DNA of 26,877 nt, taken from the NCBI GenBank assembly GCA_030668825.1, contig DAOVET010000033.1, positions 1 through 26,877 on the forward strand. The letters are read 5' to 3'. This document shows, piece by piece, positions 8,266-16,995 of this stretch (position 1 is the stretch's first letter; every line of letters starts with the position of its first letter). This DNA is from Candidatus Heimdallarchaeota archaeon. Lineage in GTDB: Archaea; Asgardarchaeota; Heimdallarchaeia; Heimdallarchaeales; Heimdallarchaeaceae. The translations under genes were made by a program, and so were the position numbers. Under the pieces are notes generated by a model. That model worked only from the letters and a program-made list of their open reading frames with translations, was not told where the DNA came from and ran no database searches.

Positions 8266-10962
8266 TTAATAATACCTCAAAACTGAATTTTCATCTAATT
8301 CTATTTTACATATAGGGCATATTTCTTTCACTTTCATCCATTCAATTAAGTGATTCTTGTGGAAGACATGACCACAGTCTACTATCTGAACTAGCTCATC
8401 ATTTGCAACCATATACTTCATACAAATTTCACATTTTCTAGTTTTCTTCCCACAGTTTAAACAGATAAGAGGACCGCCGTCTTCAACAATCTCAAGTAGA
8501 GCATCACAGAAGTAGCAGAACAACTCTTCATCTAGTTTCTTAATGTTCTTAACAGTGTCTTTTTCTACAATGATTTTTACCTCTTTCCTAGGATTTTCTA
8601 GTAGTTTACTCTGCTTAATTTTTCTGAGGACTACTCCTTGATTTGTGAAAAACTCAGCAAGTGAAGGTTCGCTTTGTTCTTTTCTCTGCTTTCCAAATCT
8701 CATATATCTCATAAACAGCATTAAAAATAATCCCGAAATAATAATTGACCATGGAAATAGCTTTCCTGCATAATTCTTATTCAGATAGATGAATAGAAGC
8801 CATCCAGACAAAAAGAAGCCATATTTTGTAAGCCTAAAAATAGACTTGTTTATACTATGGAGATCCTTGTAAAAGGTATTTGTAGAAGTGTTGAGCACTA
8901 CTGAAAACCAAAAGAAAGTAGAAGCAAAGAGTATTGTTGTAAAAGCATTGAACGAGATTTTACCCAAGATAACAAACTCAAAATCAGTATTATCACTGTT
9001 AGCTATTGAAACTAATCTCTCAAGAACTAGCCAGAATCCCACGTTTTTTAGGATTATGAAAACAACAGTAGCTCCTAACAGAATTTTTCTCAAGTTACCT
9101 AAAATACTGAAATTGAAGAACCGCTCTGTTTTAACATATCCTCCATTGAAATGAAGTTCGTATTCTTCGTCATCAAGTTTTACTTGAGCATTCCTGTTTG
9201 TTCCTTTGTTTTTCTTGTCTAAATGTCTTACTAGAACAATTAATGCTATTGCATCTAGAAGGAAACTAATACTCATCAGAGTTGTTATTGAAGGCTTGAA
9301 AGGTTTTGAGTCACTGTTTAGGTTAGGAAGTTCAAAGGGGTTCGTCGATGTGACAACTTCCTCAGAAGTTGCTGCAAGTATGTAACTAAGCTCCTCTATT
9401 GTAACTACTAAGCCTTCTCCGTAAATTAATAATAGTATTTCTATTTCTTGATAGCCTTGGTTTAATTCTATGATTACTCCATCATTGATTGTTTGTTTAT
9501 CATTAAATAATTGAAAGAAAACCTGATTATTGTCTATCTTAATTCTCAAAATGAATTGATTAACAGGTGAGTAAAACTCATTGTATAGTTTTATGGAGAA
9601 AGAAAGATTGAAAGTGGCTGAATCAGAATCAAGATAGAAACCATCTGTGAATTTAACTGTTAAAGCTCCTATAGTTGGTGTTTCATAATTTTTTGAAGAG
9701 ACTACGGTTTTTTCTAGTGTATCGTTCTCATCAAATGTTGGAATGGGTTCTATCTCAATCTTACAAGTATTGAGTAAGTAGAAAATACCCTCTCTCGTTG
9801 CTGTTCCATAGACACGAAAAGCAATTTCAGAAAAATAATTCACAGTGTAAGTGTCAATGAAAATTCCATTAGGGTAATTAAACAGATCTGTTCCTGAATA
9901 GATGACTTCAGAATCTGATAATAACTCATAATCTAAGGTAGGTAAGATTACTGAGCCCACATAACCATAATATAACGAGACGTGTAAATTCTGCTCATTA
10001 ATGTTAGAAAAGGGTTTTAGTAATGATAAATTAAAGGGGTAATTTACTGAAGGATTATTACAAGAAAACCAATCAAAACAATCTTCTGGGATTTGGTCTT
10101 CGAGAAATTGAAGCTTTCCTGATAGAGCTATATTAGTAAACCATATCTCATCCATGCACATGTTAACACAGAAATAAAAACGAATTATGTTCACCCCCTG
10201 CTCTAATGGGATAGATAAAGAGACAATAATAGATGGATTATCAGAAAAGCTTTCAATGATGATGATCGTGTTGTTAATTTTTACTTCTATATATTGAGAG
10301 AAGGCATAGAAGGAGTTTGCTGTAAAAGAAAGAGTGACATTTAATGTGGTGGTGTCATTAACAGAATAAACAGCTGTTTCAATATAATCGCTTCTGACAC
10401 CTGAAATATATCCATAATAACCTATTTGACCAGGATTACAAGGAAGGGGCGTTGAGTACTTATCAAGAATAGGAATTGGAATTGTGTCAATTGTTGATTT
10501 ACTGAATATTTGAATAGTACCAGAATTAATGGAATAAGATGTTTTACCTTCACATGAAACAGTAATAATCATCGAACCGATGAAGTTTTGAGGATAGGAA
10601 AATGATTTAGAAAGAGAGTGTTCATAAGAATCCTGATAAATACGGTTAATGTTAATTTCTACTTCAGTAGTGTCCAAATACAAAACAATTGTTAATCCAT
10701 TTGAGTCAGTCCTATCACCAGAAAAGAGAAAGAATATAGTTAAACTATTATATTCTAGAAGTTCAAGATTGACTAGTTCAAAAGTAAAATTTTGTTTTAC
10801 AGAAGTTGAGTCATAAGAATACAGTATATTTTCATCTATGATAGTAGTGTCATAAGTAGAAAGGAGGTTAGGAACATTATTTTGATTTCTTGCAATACCT
10901 AAAGAACTGGTAAAACAAAAGAGTGTTAACACCAATAACATGTTTCTAGTTGTGTTTCTCAT
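8266..10962 (-). CDS. secreted multi-pass membrane protein with C-terminal zinc ribbon + RING-H2-like domain (putative E3 ligase)
   Basis: Signal peptide (MLLVLTLFCFTSSLGIA), ~530-aa beta-rich N/S/T-rich ectodomain, about five hydrophobic segments, then CYFC..CLNC and CEIC-x15-CGHVFHKNH-LIEW...CPIC. I prefer ATG 10962 because the track start at 10989 overlaps the TATA box. Confidence 0.85.
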   Translation of the reverse strand: MRNTTRNMLLVLTLFCFTSSLGIARNQNNVPNLLSTYDTTIIDENILYSYDSTSVKQNFTFELVNLELLEYNSLTIFFLFSGDRTDSNGLTIVLYLDTTEVEININRIYQDSYEHSLSKSFSYPQNFIGSMIITVSCEGKTSYSINSGTIQIFSKSTIDTIPIPILDKYSTPLPCNPGQIGYYGYISGVRSDYIETAVYSVNDTTTLNVTLSFTANSFYAFSQYIEVKINNTIIIIESFSDNPSIIVSLSIPLEQGVNIIRFYFCVNMCMDEIWFTNIALSGKLQFLEDQIPEDCFDWFSCNNPSVNYPFNLSLLKPFSNINEQNLHVSLYYGYVGSVILPTLDYELLSDSEVIYSGTDLFNYPNGIFIDTYTVNYFSEIAFRVYGTATREGIFYLLNTCKIEIEPIPTFDENDTLEKTVVSSKNYETPTIGALTVKFTDGFYLDSDSATFNLSFSIKLYNEFYSPVNQFILRIKIDNNQVFFQLFNDKQTINDGVIIELNQGYQEIEILLLIYGEGLVVTIEELSYILAATSEEVVTSTNPFELPNLNSDSKPFKPSITTLMSISFLLDAIALIVLVRHLDKKNKGTNRNAQVKLDDEEYELHFNGGYVKTERFFNFSILGNLRKILLGATVVFIILKNVGFWLVLERLVSIANSDNTDFEFVILGKISFNAFTTILFASTFFWFSVVLNTSTNTFYKDLHSINKSIFRLTKYGFFLSGWLLFIYLNKNYAGKLFPWSIIISGLFLMLFMRYMRFGKQRKEQSEPSLAEFFTNQGVVLRKIKQSKLLENPRKEVKIIVEKDTVKNIKKLDEELFCYFCDALLEIVEDGGPLICLNCGKKTRKCEICMKYMVANDELVQIVDCGHVFHKNHLIEWMKVKEICPICKIELDENSVLRYY

Positions 10963-10984
10963 TATCTGTATTATAATCTGAAAA

Positions 10985-11001
10985 TTCATTTATAAACTGA
11001 G
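10985..11001 (-). promoter_or_regulatory. second copy of the 17-bp TATA-containing element, upstream of the RING gene
   Basis: Identical to 8104-8120. The TATA ends ~27 nt before ATG 10962, which fits a leaderless transcript. Confidence 0.6.
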
Positions 11002-11072
11002 TAAAATCATATCTACAATATCTGAATCTTGTTGGGTTTAAATAAAAACTTTGCATTTCTATATTGAGAAAG

Positions 11073-11243
11073 ATGTTCATAATTGAATTTCTTAAGACTT
11101 TAAGATCAAAGAAAAGAGGAGGCCCCATTCTAGAAGAGATTCTACTTATTGGTATTGCTATCGTTATTTTTGCTATAATCTTTGCACTAATTTTCAGCTT
11201 AATAGATTGGTCTGCAGTCAAATTTGATGATATTTTCGGGTGA
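11073..11243 (+). CDS. Flp-like type IV pilin (class III signal peptide), 56 aa
   Basis: Not in the ORF track. MFIIEFLKTLRSKKRG|GPILEEILLIGIAIVIFAIIFALIFSLIDWSAVKFDDIFG has a basic leader ending KRG, Glu at +5 and a ~20-aa hydrophobic helix. Confidence 0.75.
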   Translation: MFIIEFLKTLRSKKRGGPILEEILLIGIAIVIFAIIFALIFSLIDWSAVKFDDIFG

Positions 11244-11397
11244 AGTCTTTTCTTCTAATTTAAAGAAATTTCAATTTTTAGTGAGTTTATAAGGTGAGTT
11301 ATGATATCTCTTTTGAAGCTAGTTATACACAAGATAACATTTTAGTCGATGAATCTCTTTCTATAGCTAGCTTCCCCATTTTAGAAAAAGGAATGTG

Positions 11398-11426
11398 AGG
11401 AGTTCAAATCTCCGACCCCGCTCCAA
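11398..11426 (+). repeat. tRNA-Cys 3' remnant (att-like direct repeat of 6032-6060)
   Basis: AGGAGTTCAAATCTCCGACCCCGCTCCAA versus GGGTGTTCAAATCACCCACTCCGCTCCAA: 24/29 identical, T-loop and TCCA end preserved, no 5' half immediately upstream. Confidence 0.8.
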
Positions 11427-11536
11427 ACTCTATTTTATTCCAAGAGATTTTTTTATATATTCTTTAGGTATTATAGCGATTTATATGCTTAAAGACGAGA
11501 AAAAAGTAGACAATAGTTGAATAAAATATCTGAAAA

Positions 11537-11839
11537 ATGGTGATTATTATGGTTTATGATGTGATTACTAAAATCTGTCAGGAAGAAAAGATGGAACATG
11601 AGCCATTCTATAAGTCTATCAAAATTAAGGGAGACACAATATTGCTATACAGGGAAAAATTAGTAAAAGAAACTGCATCTAAGAGCTCTATTGCTTATGA
11701 TCACTACAAAGAGTGGAAGAAATCAAAAGATCAAGATAAGCTAGAAGAAATTGATGATGTTATAGAAAAGTTGAGAGAATACTTCAAAGAGCGGTTGATA
11801 GTTTTCTATAAAAGCAATGAAATTGGAATAGAAATTTAG
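11537..11839 (+). CDS. hypothetical protein
   Basis: 100-aa charged ATG ORF with no recognised motif. Confidence 0.55.
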   Translation: MVIIMVYDVITKICQEEKMEHEPFYKSIKIKGDTILLYREKLVKETASKSSIAYDHYKEWKKSKDQDKLEEIDDVIEKLREYFKERLIVFYKSNEIGIEI

Positions 11840-11959
11840 CCTGAACTTCTACATATTCTCGGCACCCCTCATTTGTAAGCTTCTCTGGATAAGTTTCCTC
11901 TATTTACACTTTCGAAACATATATCAACAGTGCATATTTTATTGTTGTAGGTAATTACA

Positions 11960-12850
11960 ATGACATTCATAGTTTTCATTGGAGGCCTATTTGAATATAA
12001 TTCAGGAAAAACTACTTTTGCAAAAGAAATTATCTCTTCTTTTGAAAAAGATCTTTCGATGAAAACAGCACCCTTTAAGCCTTTAAGTGGAAACAACCTG
12101 TTCTTTCACTATGAAGAGATAAAGGAAAATGTCAAGAACCATGGTAATTTGGTTTCTTTAGATATTGTAAAATTAATGGAACCTTCGTCAGTAGAAATTC
12201 CTACGATTTTGGCAAATCCTGTTCACAAACTTAATACTCAAGCGCTACCGTACAATTTCTATAAAGAGGGGGCAATTAAAACACTTTTCTCTCGCTATGC
12301 TAGTAGTGTCTCTTTAATGCAACGTTTTACAATTTGTAAATCAGAATCTGAAATTGAATCTTGCTTTTTAGTGAATGAACCAATCTATAAGAACCAGAAG
12401 TTTTGGAATGATCAAACTCTTACAGATCCAATCCTAGAAGAAGCAAAAGAGATCAAATATTTCAAAAATGATCAAGAGTTCTACTCTTTGAACGATAAGT
12501 TTTATGCAAAAGCTACTAAGACTTCGTTTGATTATGTGAAAGAACATTCAGATATCACTGTAGTTGAAAGCTTTAACAATTCAGCTCACCCTGCATGGTG
12601 TATCCGGGAATCAAATGCTGTAATTATTGTAGGCCCTGGTTCTCTTTTCGTCTATGAACCAGATGCATACTTCAGAGCTATTGACAACTACCGTTCAATC
12701 AATCGTAATAAAGTCACCACAACAGATGACATTCTTAAGCTAGCAACACCAACTGAGGTCTTGCCATTCCCAGTTGATCTTGGTGAAAGGAAGAAAATAA
12801 TTAGTGATTTGACTAACAAACTATCAAAAGAAATTCAGAAAAAGAAGTAA
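11960..12850 (+). CDS. predicted archaeal P-loop ATPase/GTPase (COG4028-like)
   Basis: N-terminal NSGKTTF Walker A, PFKPLSGNN, NPVH and VVESFNN, the motif pattern of this family. Confidence 0.7.
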   Translation: MTFIVFIGGLFEYNSGKTTFAKEIISSFEKDLSMKTAPFKPLSGNNLFFHYEEIKENVKNHGNLVSLDIVKLMEPSSVEIPTILANPVHKLNTQALPYNFYKEGAIKTLFSRYASSVSLMQRFTICKSESEIESCFLVNEPIYKNQKFWNDQTLTDPILEEAKEIKYFKNDQEFYSLNDKFYAKATKTSFDYVKEHSDITVVESFNNSAHPAWCIRESNAVIIVGPGSLFVYEPDAYFRAIDNYRSINRNKVTTTDDILKLATPTEVLPFPVDLGERKKIISDLTNKLSKEIQKKK

Positions 12851-12927
12851 ATGGTATTTGGTTTCCTCTTTTTTTTGTTGCCCTTTTATGTGTGAGTGCA
12901 ATTTTATCAGTAGATCAGTGATAGACT

Positions 12928-13332
12928 TTGTCAATTTATAGTTCACAATATGGAATGGAATCAATCAATGCAGAACTTATGGAATGCATCAATGAATTAC
13001 GTTATAGATCAATAGGGATAGTAGACGTAGCTGTAGTATCTTTGGAGGGACTTCCATTGGTATCTTTAGTTTTGGAGAGAGTAGAAGAAACTAGATTTGC
13101 TGCAATGACTGCGGCTATGCTTTCCTTGGGAGAAAGAGTATCTACAGAACTTAACAAGGGTCTACTAAAGAAAATTTTTGTAGAGGGGGATCATGGTTAC
13201 ATAATTTCCATGCAAGCAGGAGAGAATGCGGTTCTAACAGTAAGTGCAACAACTGATACAAAGATTGGTCTGTTGTTCTTAGATATGGAACGTACCTCAG
13301 CAAAGATATCTAAAATTCTTACATATCGTTAA
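12928..13332 (+). CDS. Roadblock/LC7 (MglB-like) domain protein
   Basis: AVVSLEGLPL, AAMTAAMLSLGER, EGDHGYII, AGENAVLTV, IGLLFLDM. The real start may be ATG 12955. Confidence 0.93.
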   Translation: MSIYSSQYGMESINAELMECINELRYRSIGIVDVAVVSLEGLPLVSLVLERVEETRFAAMTAAMLSLGERVSTELNKGLLKKIFVEGDHGYIISMQAGENAVLTVSATTDTKIGLLFLDMERTSAKISKILTYR

Positions 13333-13520
13333 TTTCTAGAACAATTAATTGACTTCAACTTGATGAACTGGCAATTAGTTCAACTTTTATTAATTCACAT
13401 GCAAGAACCATAGTTGTTTCATCAATTGTACCTTTCTTAAGATAAAGTTCTACAACGTTTCTAATTAAAAAAACCTAACCCTAAGACAAAAAACCATACG
13501 AAAAAGAGAAAAAGGATTAA

Positions 13521-15851
13521 TTGAATGTGAAGATGATTTGTTTGAATTTCGTAAACGAGTATTTTCTACATCAAGTTGAAACAGATATACAAGTGATACA
13601 AGAGAAATTGGACATATCCTTAGCATCCAGCGGTAGAAGAAAGACAGGTAGCTATTATACTCCAGGTTTTATTGCACAATACATGGTTGAAAAAACCATC
13701 TCTCATTCTCTCCTTAGTAAACTAAACAAATTGGTGACTAAAAGACAATTCAAAGATTTTAATGATTTTGAATGTGATCAAGATCCTGCAATATTTTCTA
13801 TTTTGTTTAACCAAGTTTTACCTAATTTTACGATCTGCGATATAGCTATGGGTTGGGGTGTTTTTCTCTTACATAGCTTCGATTATCTTTTTTCATTATA
13901 CAAAACTACTGTTTCAATTCTAGAAGATGAAATTCAAAAAACACCTTTATTAGAAGATTTCACAAAAAGAAATGCTGAGAAATTAATAGTAAATTCAATT
14001 ATTTCTAACAATCTTTATGGGACAGATTTGTCATCAGTTTCAACTGAATTGGCAAAGTTAAAATTCGCTGAAAAAGCTCTTAAGCTTCTAAAAGAGAAAC
14101 AAATTATTCTGTCCACTTTCAATTTCAAAGTAGGAAATAGCTTAATTGGTTTTTCTTTTGAGCAAAATACAGAGATCAGTTCTAGTTTTTTGAATTATAG
14201 AAAGTCAATTCTTAATGGAATGCCCTCTAGTAGCCGGGAAGGAGTAAATACATGGTTGGGAAATGAAACCCCATTAAATTGGAATCACATCTTTCCCGAA
14301 GTATCTAAGATGGGTGGTTTTGATGTAGTAATTGGAAATCCCCCCTATATCAATGTAAAACGTATGAATCTCTCTGGAAGAAAAGCATATTCCAAACTTT
14401 ATGATACATATAATCCCAATGGGGATATATCTAATGTTTTTTGGGAAAGGGGTCTAGATTTATGTAATTCCAAAGGCATAGTTTCCTTCATTACCCCTAG
14501 GTACTGGCTTGAGGGTAATGACAGCAATAGATTGAGGAATCACATATTATTAAATTCTGAAATACTTGAAATTATTGACTTTAGAAGTAATAGAACTCTT
14601 TTTTCATCAGCTGAAAATAAATTGGGAGTAGATACCGCCATTGTTATCCTACGAAAATCTAAACCAAGAAACTTACCATTTGATGTTTATTTTGCTCAAG
14701 ATGAATCTTCCATACAATCTATCAATAAAACCAGATTGAAACACACAAAAGTACGTCAGTCAAACCTTTCAGAAAAAAAATGGGTTTTTGAAATAAATCC
14801 TATTATAACCCAGATTAGTAAAAGAGCTGATTATCACCTAGGAGATGATAAGAAATACGGAGATTTTTCAGGAATTTGTAAAATTGGTAAAGGATGTTCA
14901 ACTGGAAATAATAGGATCTTTAAATTAAAACATATATCAGATTTAACATATGTGGGAGCAAATAATCTAACAGTAAAATTGGAGGAGGAAGAAAAAGACT
15001 GTTTAAGACATCTGATCAAGAATAGTGACATCTCTCCTTATCATTGGAGATTAAGAGATGAATTTTGGATATTTCTAAAAGACAGGGATATAATGGATTA
15101 TCCGAACATTAAGAAGTATCTGCTTAATTTCAAAGGAACTCTTGAAAAAACACAGAAGAAGTATGGTCTGAAGAGTTTCTACGACTATGCTGCATATAGA
15201 TCTTTGAGTTTAATTGAAAACATACCCAAAATTGTTTGCCCATATCAAGCAGATAGTAACAAATTCGCTTTACTTGGCTTAGAATCTCCCCCTACGATTA
15301 ATGAAACCGATGTAATTAGTTTGGTTATTCAAGACACTTTTACTAAAGAAATAGGGTGGTTTTATCTCTTGACAGTTCTAAATTCAGAATTACTTTCCTA
15401 TTATAGTAGAATAATGAACAAAAAAGTATACAACCTGTACGATTTTAGACCAAACCAAATTTCGATTTTTCCTATTATGAAATGTGAAGACAATTCAGTT
15501 TTTCTTGAAATTGGTGCTGGTTTAGTTAATGCATTGAAATTTTCTTTAGATTCTAAACAAACCAAAAGTATGGTCCTTATCATGAGAAATATTCTCGATT
15601 TTCTTGTCTATGAGACATATTTCAGAGAATCTCTTTCAACACAATTGCATGACACTATCAAAGAGAATTTGTTATTATTCCAAGTTAAGGAAGAGACAGA
15701 AGCTAATTTTAAGGATTTAATGCATTGTTGGGAAAAGATGATTACAGAAAAGATGATTTTAGATGAAATCCAGCAAATTGCTGCTTTTAAAGATGTTAAA
15801 CAGATAAGAAAAACTCTAGGGATAGATTCGAACAAATTACCTTTCTTCTAG
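13521..15851 (+). CDS. N6-adenine DNA methyltransferase, Eco57I/TaqI-like gamma class with C-terminal target-recognition domain
   Basis: GSYYTP, motif I DIAMGWGVF, NLYGTD, GNSL, GGFDVVIGNPPY (motif IV), and a C-terminal YLLTVLNS TaqI-C-like motif. Confidence 0.9.
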   Translation: MNVKMICLNFVNEYFLHQVETDIQVIQEKLDISLASSGRRKTGSYYTPGFIAQYMVEKTISHSLLSKLNKLVTKRQFKDFNDFECDQDPAIFSILFNQVLPNFTICDIAMGWGVFLLHSFDYLFSLYKTTVSILEDEIQKTPLLEDFTKRNAEKLIVNSIISNNLYGTDLSSVSTELAKLKFAEKALKLLKEKQIILSTFNFKVGNSLIGFSFEQNTEISSSFLNYRKSILNGMPSSSREGVNTWLGNETPLNWNHIFPEVSKMGGFDVVIGNPPYINVKRMNLSGRKAYSKLYDTYNPNGDISNVFWERGLDLCNSKGIVSFITPRYWLEGNDSNRLRNHILLNSEILEIIDFRSNRTLFSSAENKLGVDTAIVILRKSKPRNLPFDVYFAQDESSIQSINKTRLKHTKVRQSNLSEKKWVFEINPIITQISKRADYHLGDDKKYGDFSGICKIGKGCSTGNNRIFKLKHISDLTYVGANNLTVKLEEEEKDCLRHLIKNSDISPYHWRLRDEFWIFLKDRDIMDYPNIKKYLLNFKGTLEKTQKKYGLKSFYDYAAYRSLSLIENIPKIVCPYQADSNKFALLGLESPPTINETDVISLVIQDTFTKEIGWFYLLTVLNSELLSYYSRIMNKKVYNLYDFRPNQISIFPIMKCEDNSVFLEIGAGLVNALKFSLDSKQTKSMVLIMRNILDFLVYETYFRESLSTQLHDTIKENLLLFQVKEETEANFKDLMHCWEKMITEKMILDEIQQIAAFKDVKQIRKTLGIDSNKLPFF

Positions 15852-16730
15852 CCACTTCTTTGGTGTTGATAGAGTTATTTTTCCAGTTTCTTGTAGTTTA
15901 CTTATAAGATTCTCAAAGATTTGAACATTTTCTTGAATTTCCACTTTCGAAAGATATCTTCCTTGAGAGATATTATATGAAAAATGCCAAGAGTGAAGAT
16001 TAATCGAAATATATGAATCATCATGTTGAGAGTTCTTAACAAGTTGGAGGTAATTATTTATGACATCTTCTTCTTTTCTTTTGCCTTCGAACAAAGCCCA
16101 AAGATAAGTATACATCCCTTCCATTATACTTTGTTTTGGTGTTTTGATAACGGGAAATTCCATAAGGTTTCCATTTATTCTATATGGTTTTATAGCACCC
16201 TCAGCTTCTACATACAAAGAACTATCATACCGAATATTTAGTTCATTTAATATGTCGAATGTATTAACGGTGTTTCTCATATAAGGAGCTCTAAATCCAT
16301 ATACTTTCGTATCTAGAATAGATTCAATTTCCGCTTGTGCCCTCTTGATAATATGTGATTCCTCATCTCTATTAAAACCTATCCCTGTTTCTTTCCCTGT
16401 CAAATCCTCGTGATCAAAACCATGTACTCCATGTTCAAATATTTGCTTTTTAAGAAGAGATACATATTTTGAATTAGTTTCTTTTAATAGTTTCAAGCTT
16501 CTTGCTTCAAAATAAAAGGTTGAAGGAAGGTTGAAACCAGTTAAACAATTGATAAAGGGTTCAAAACAATCAAGTGTTCCCTTAAGAGAAGCTGATAATT
16601 TTGGATCCCTGAGAATTTCATTTGGTTGTTCTTTAAGCGGATAACTAATAGCATGTTTACTGTTTTTGATTGGTAGTGCATAATCCCTATCAAAGTCAAT
16701 ACATACAAAGATATAAACCAAGTAACACAA
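15837..16730 (-). CDS. polysaccharide deacetylase (NodB/CE4) family protein
   Basis: IDFD, HGVHGFDH, GFRAPY, YDSS, LHSW motifs. Confidence 0.85.
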   Translation of the reverse strand: MCYLVYIFVCIDFDRDYALPIKNSKHAISYPLKEQPNEILRDPKLSASLKGTLDCFEPFINCLTGFNLPSTFYFEARSLKLLKETNSKYVSLLKKQIFEHGVHGFDHEDLTGKETGIGFNRDEESHIIKRAQAEIESILDTKVYGFRAPYMRNTVNTFDILNELNIRYDSSLYVEAEGAIKPYRINGNLMEFPVIKTPKQSIMEGMYTYLWALFEGKRKEEDVINNYLQLVKNSQHDDSYISINLHSWHFSYNISQGRYLSKVEIQENVQIFENLISKLQETGKITLSTPKKWLEER

Positions 16731-16740
16731 CTCTCTAGTT

Positions 16741-16995
16741 TCATTCCATGCCTTGCAGAGCTAAAATTATAGTTTTTCCTCGAATTTCCACAATTCTACT
16801 ATTTGTTAATTTAGATATATTTTCTGCTATATCTTTTACAGATTCTGAAGGAACAACCTGTAAGCATTTTATCTTTATTACCTTATCCCTTTTCAGTACA
16901 TTCTCTATTTCGTGAATGATGTTTTCAGTAATACCCTTTTTTCCTATACGCATTTTTGATGGTTCATGACGTATTTTGTTAATGGTGTTGTTCAT
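16741..16995 (-). CDS. yhbY: YhbY/CRM-domain RNA-binding protein
   Basis: RIGKKGITENIIHEI...VIKIK...VEIRGKTIIL. ATG 16995 is preceded by a GGAGG SD and follows rnp4. Confidence 0.9.
   Translation of the reverse strand: MNNTINKIRHEPSKMRIGKKGITENIIHEIENVLKRDKVIKIKCLQVVPSESVKDIAENISKLTNSRIVEIRGKTIILALQGME

Larger units (their letters stand above)
6060..11425. mobile_element. putative genomic island at tRNA-Cys
   Basis: Bounded by the intact tRNA-Cys 3' end and a diverged copy of it at 11398-11426. Contains a TnpB-like gene and accessory genes. No integrase is seen. Confidence 0.65.

Noticed and set aside
7097-9154. Plus-strand ORFs 7097-7474, 7732-8052, 8888-9154
   Set aside because: Antisense shadows of the TnpB-like and RING genes.
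10946-11221. 91-aa minus-strand ORF
   Set aside because: Antisense to the pilin-like ORF, which has a much more convincing signature.
6060-11425. Complete CAST/Tn7-like or IS200/IS605/IS607 element
   Set aside because: No TnsB/TnsC/TniQ, Y1 or serine transposase, or integrase ORF in the interval. Any mobility would have to be in trans or lost.
13345-13430. Short inverted and direct repeats (TGAACT/AGTTCA, TTCAACTT x2) between Roadblock and MTase
   Set aside because: Short, AT-rich and without a consistent structure. Not distinguishable from chance or a simple terminator.
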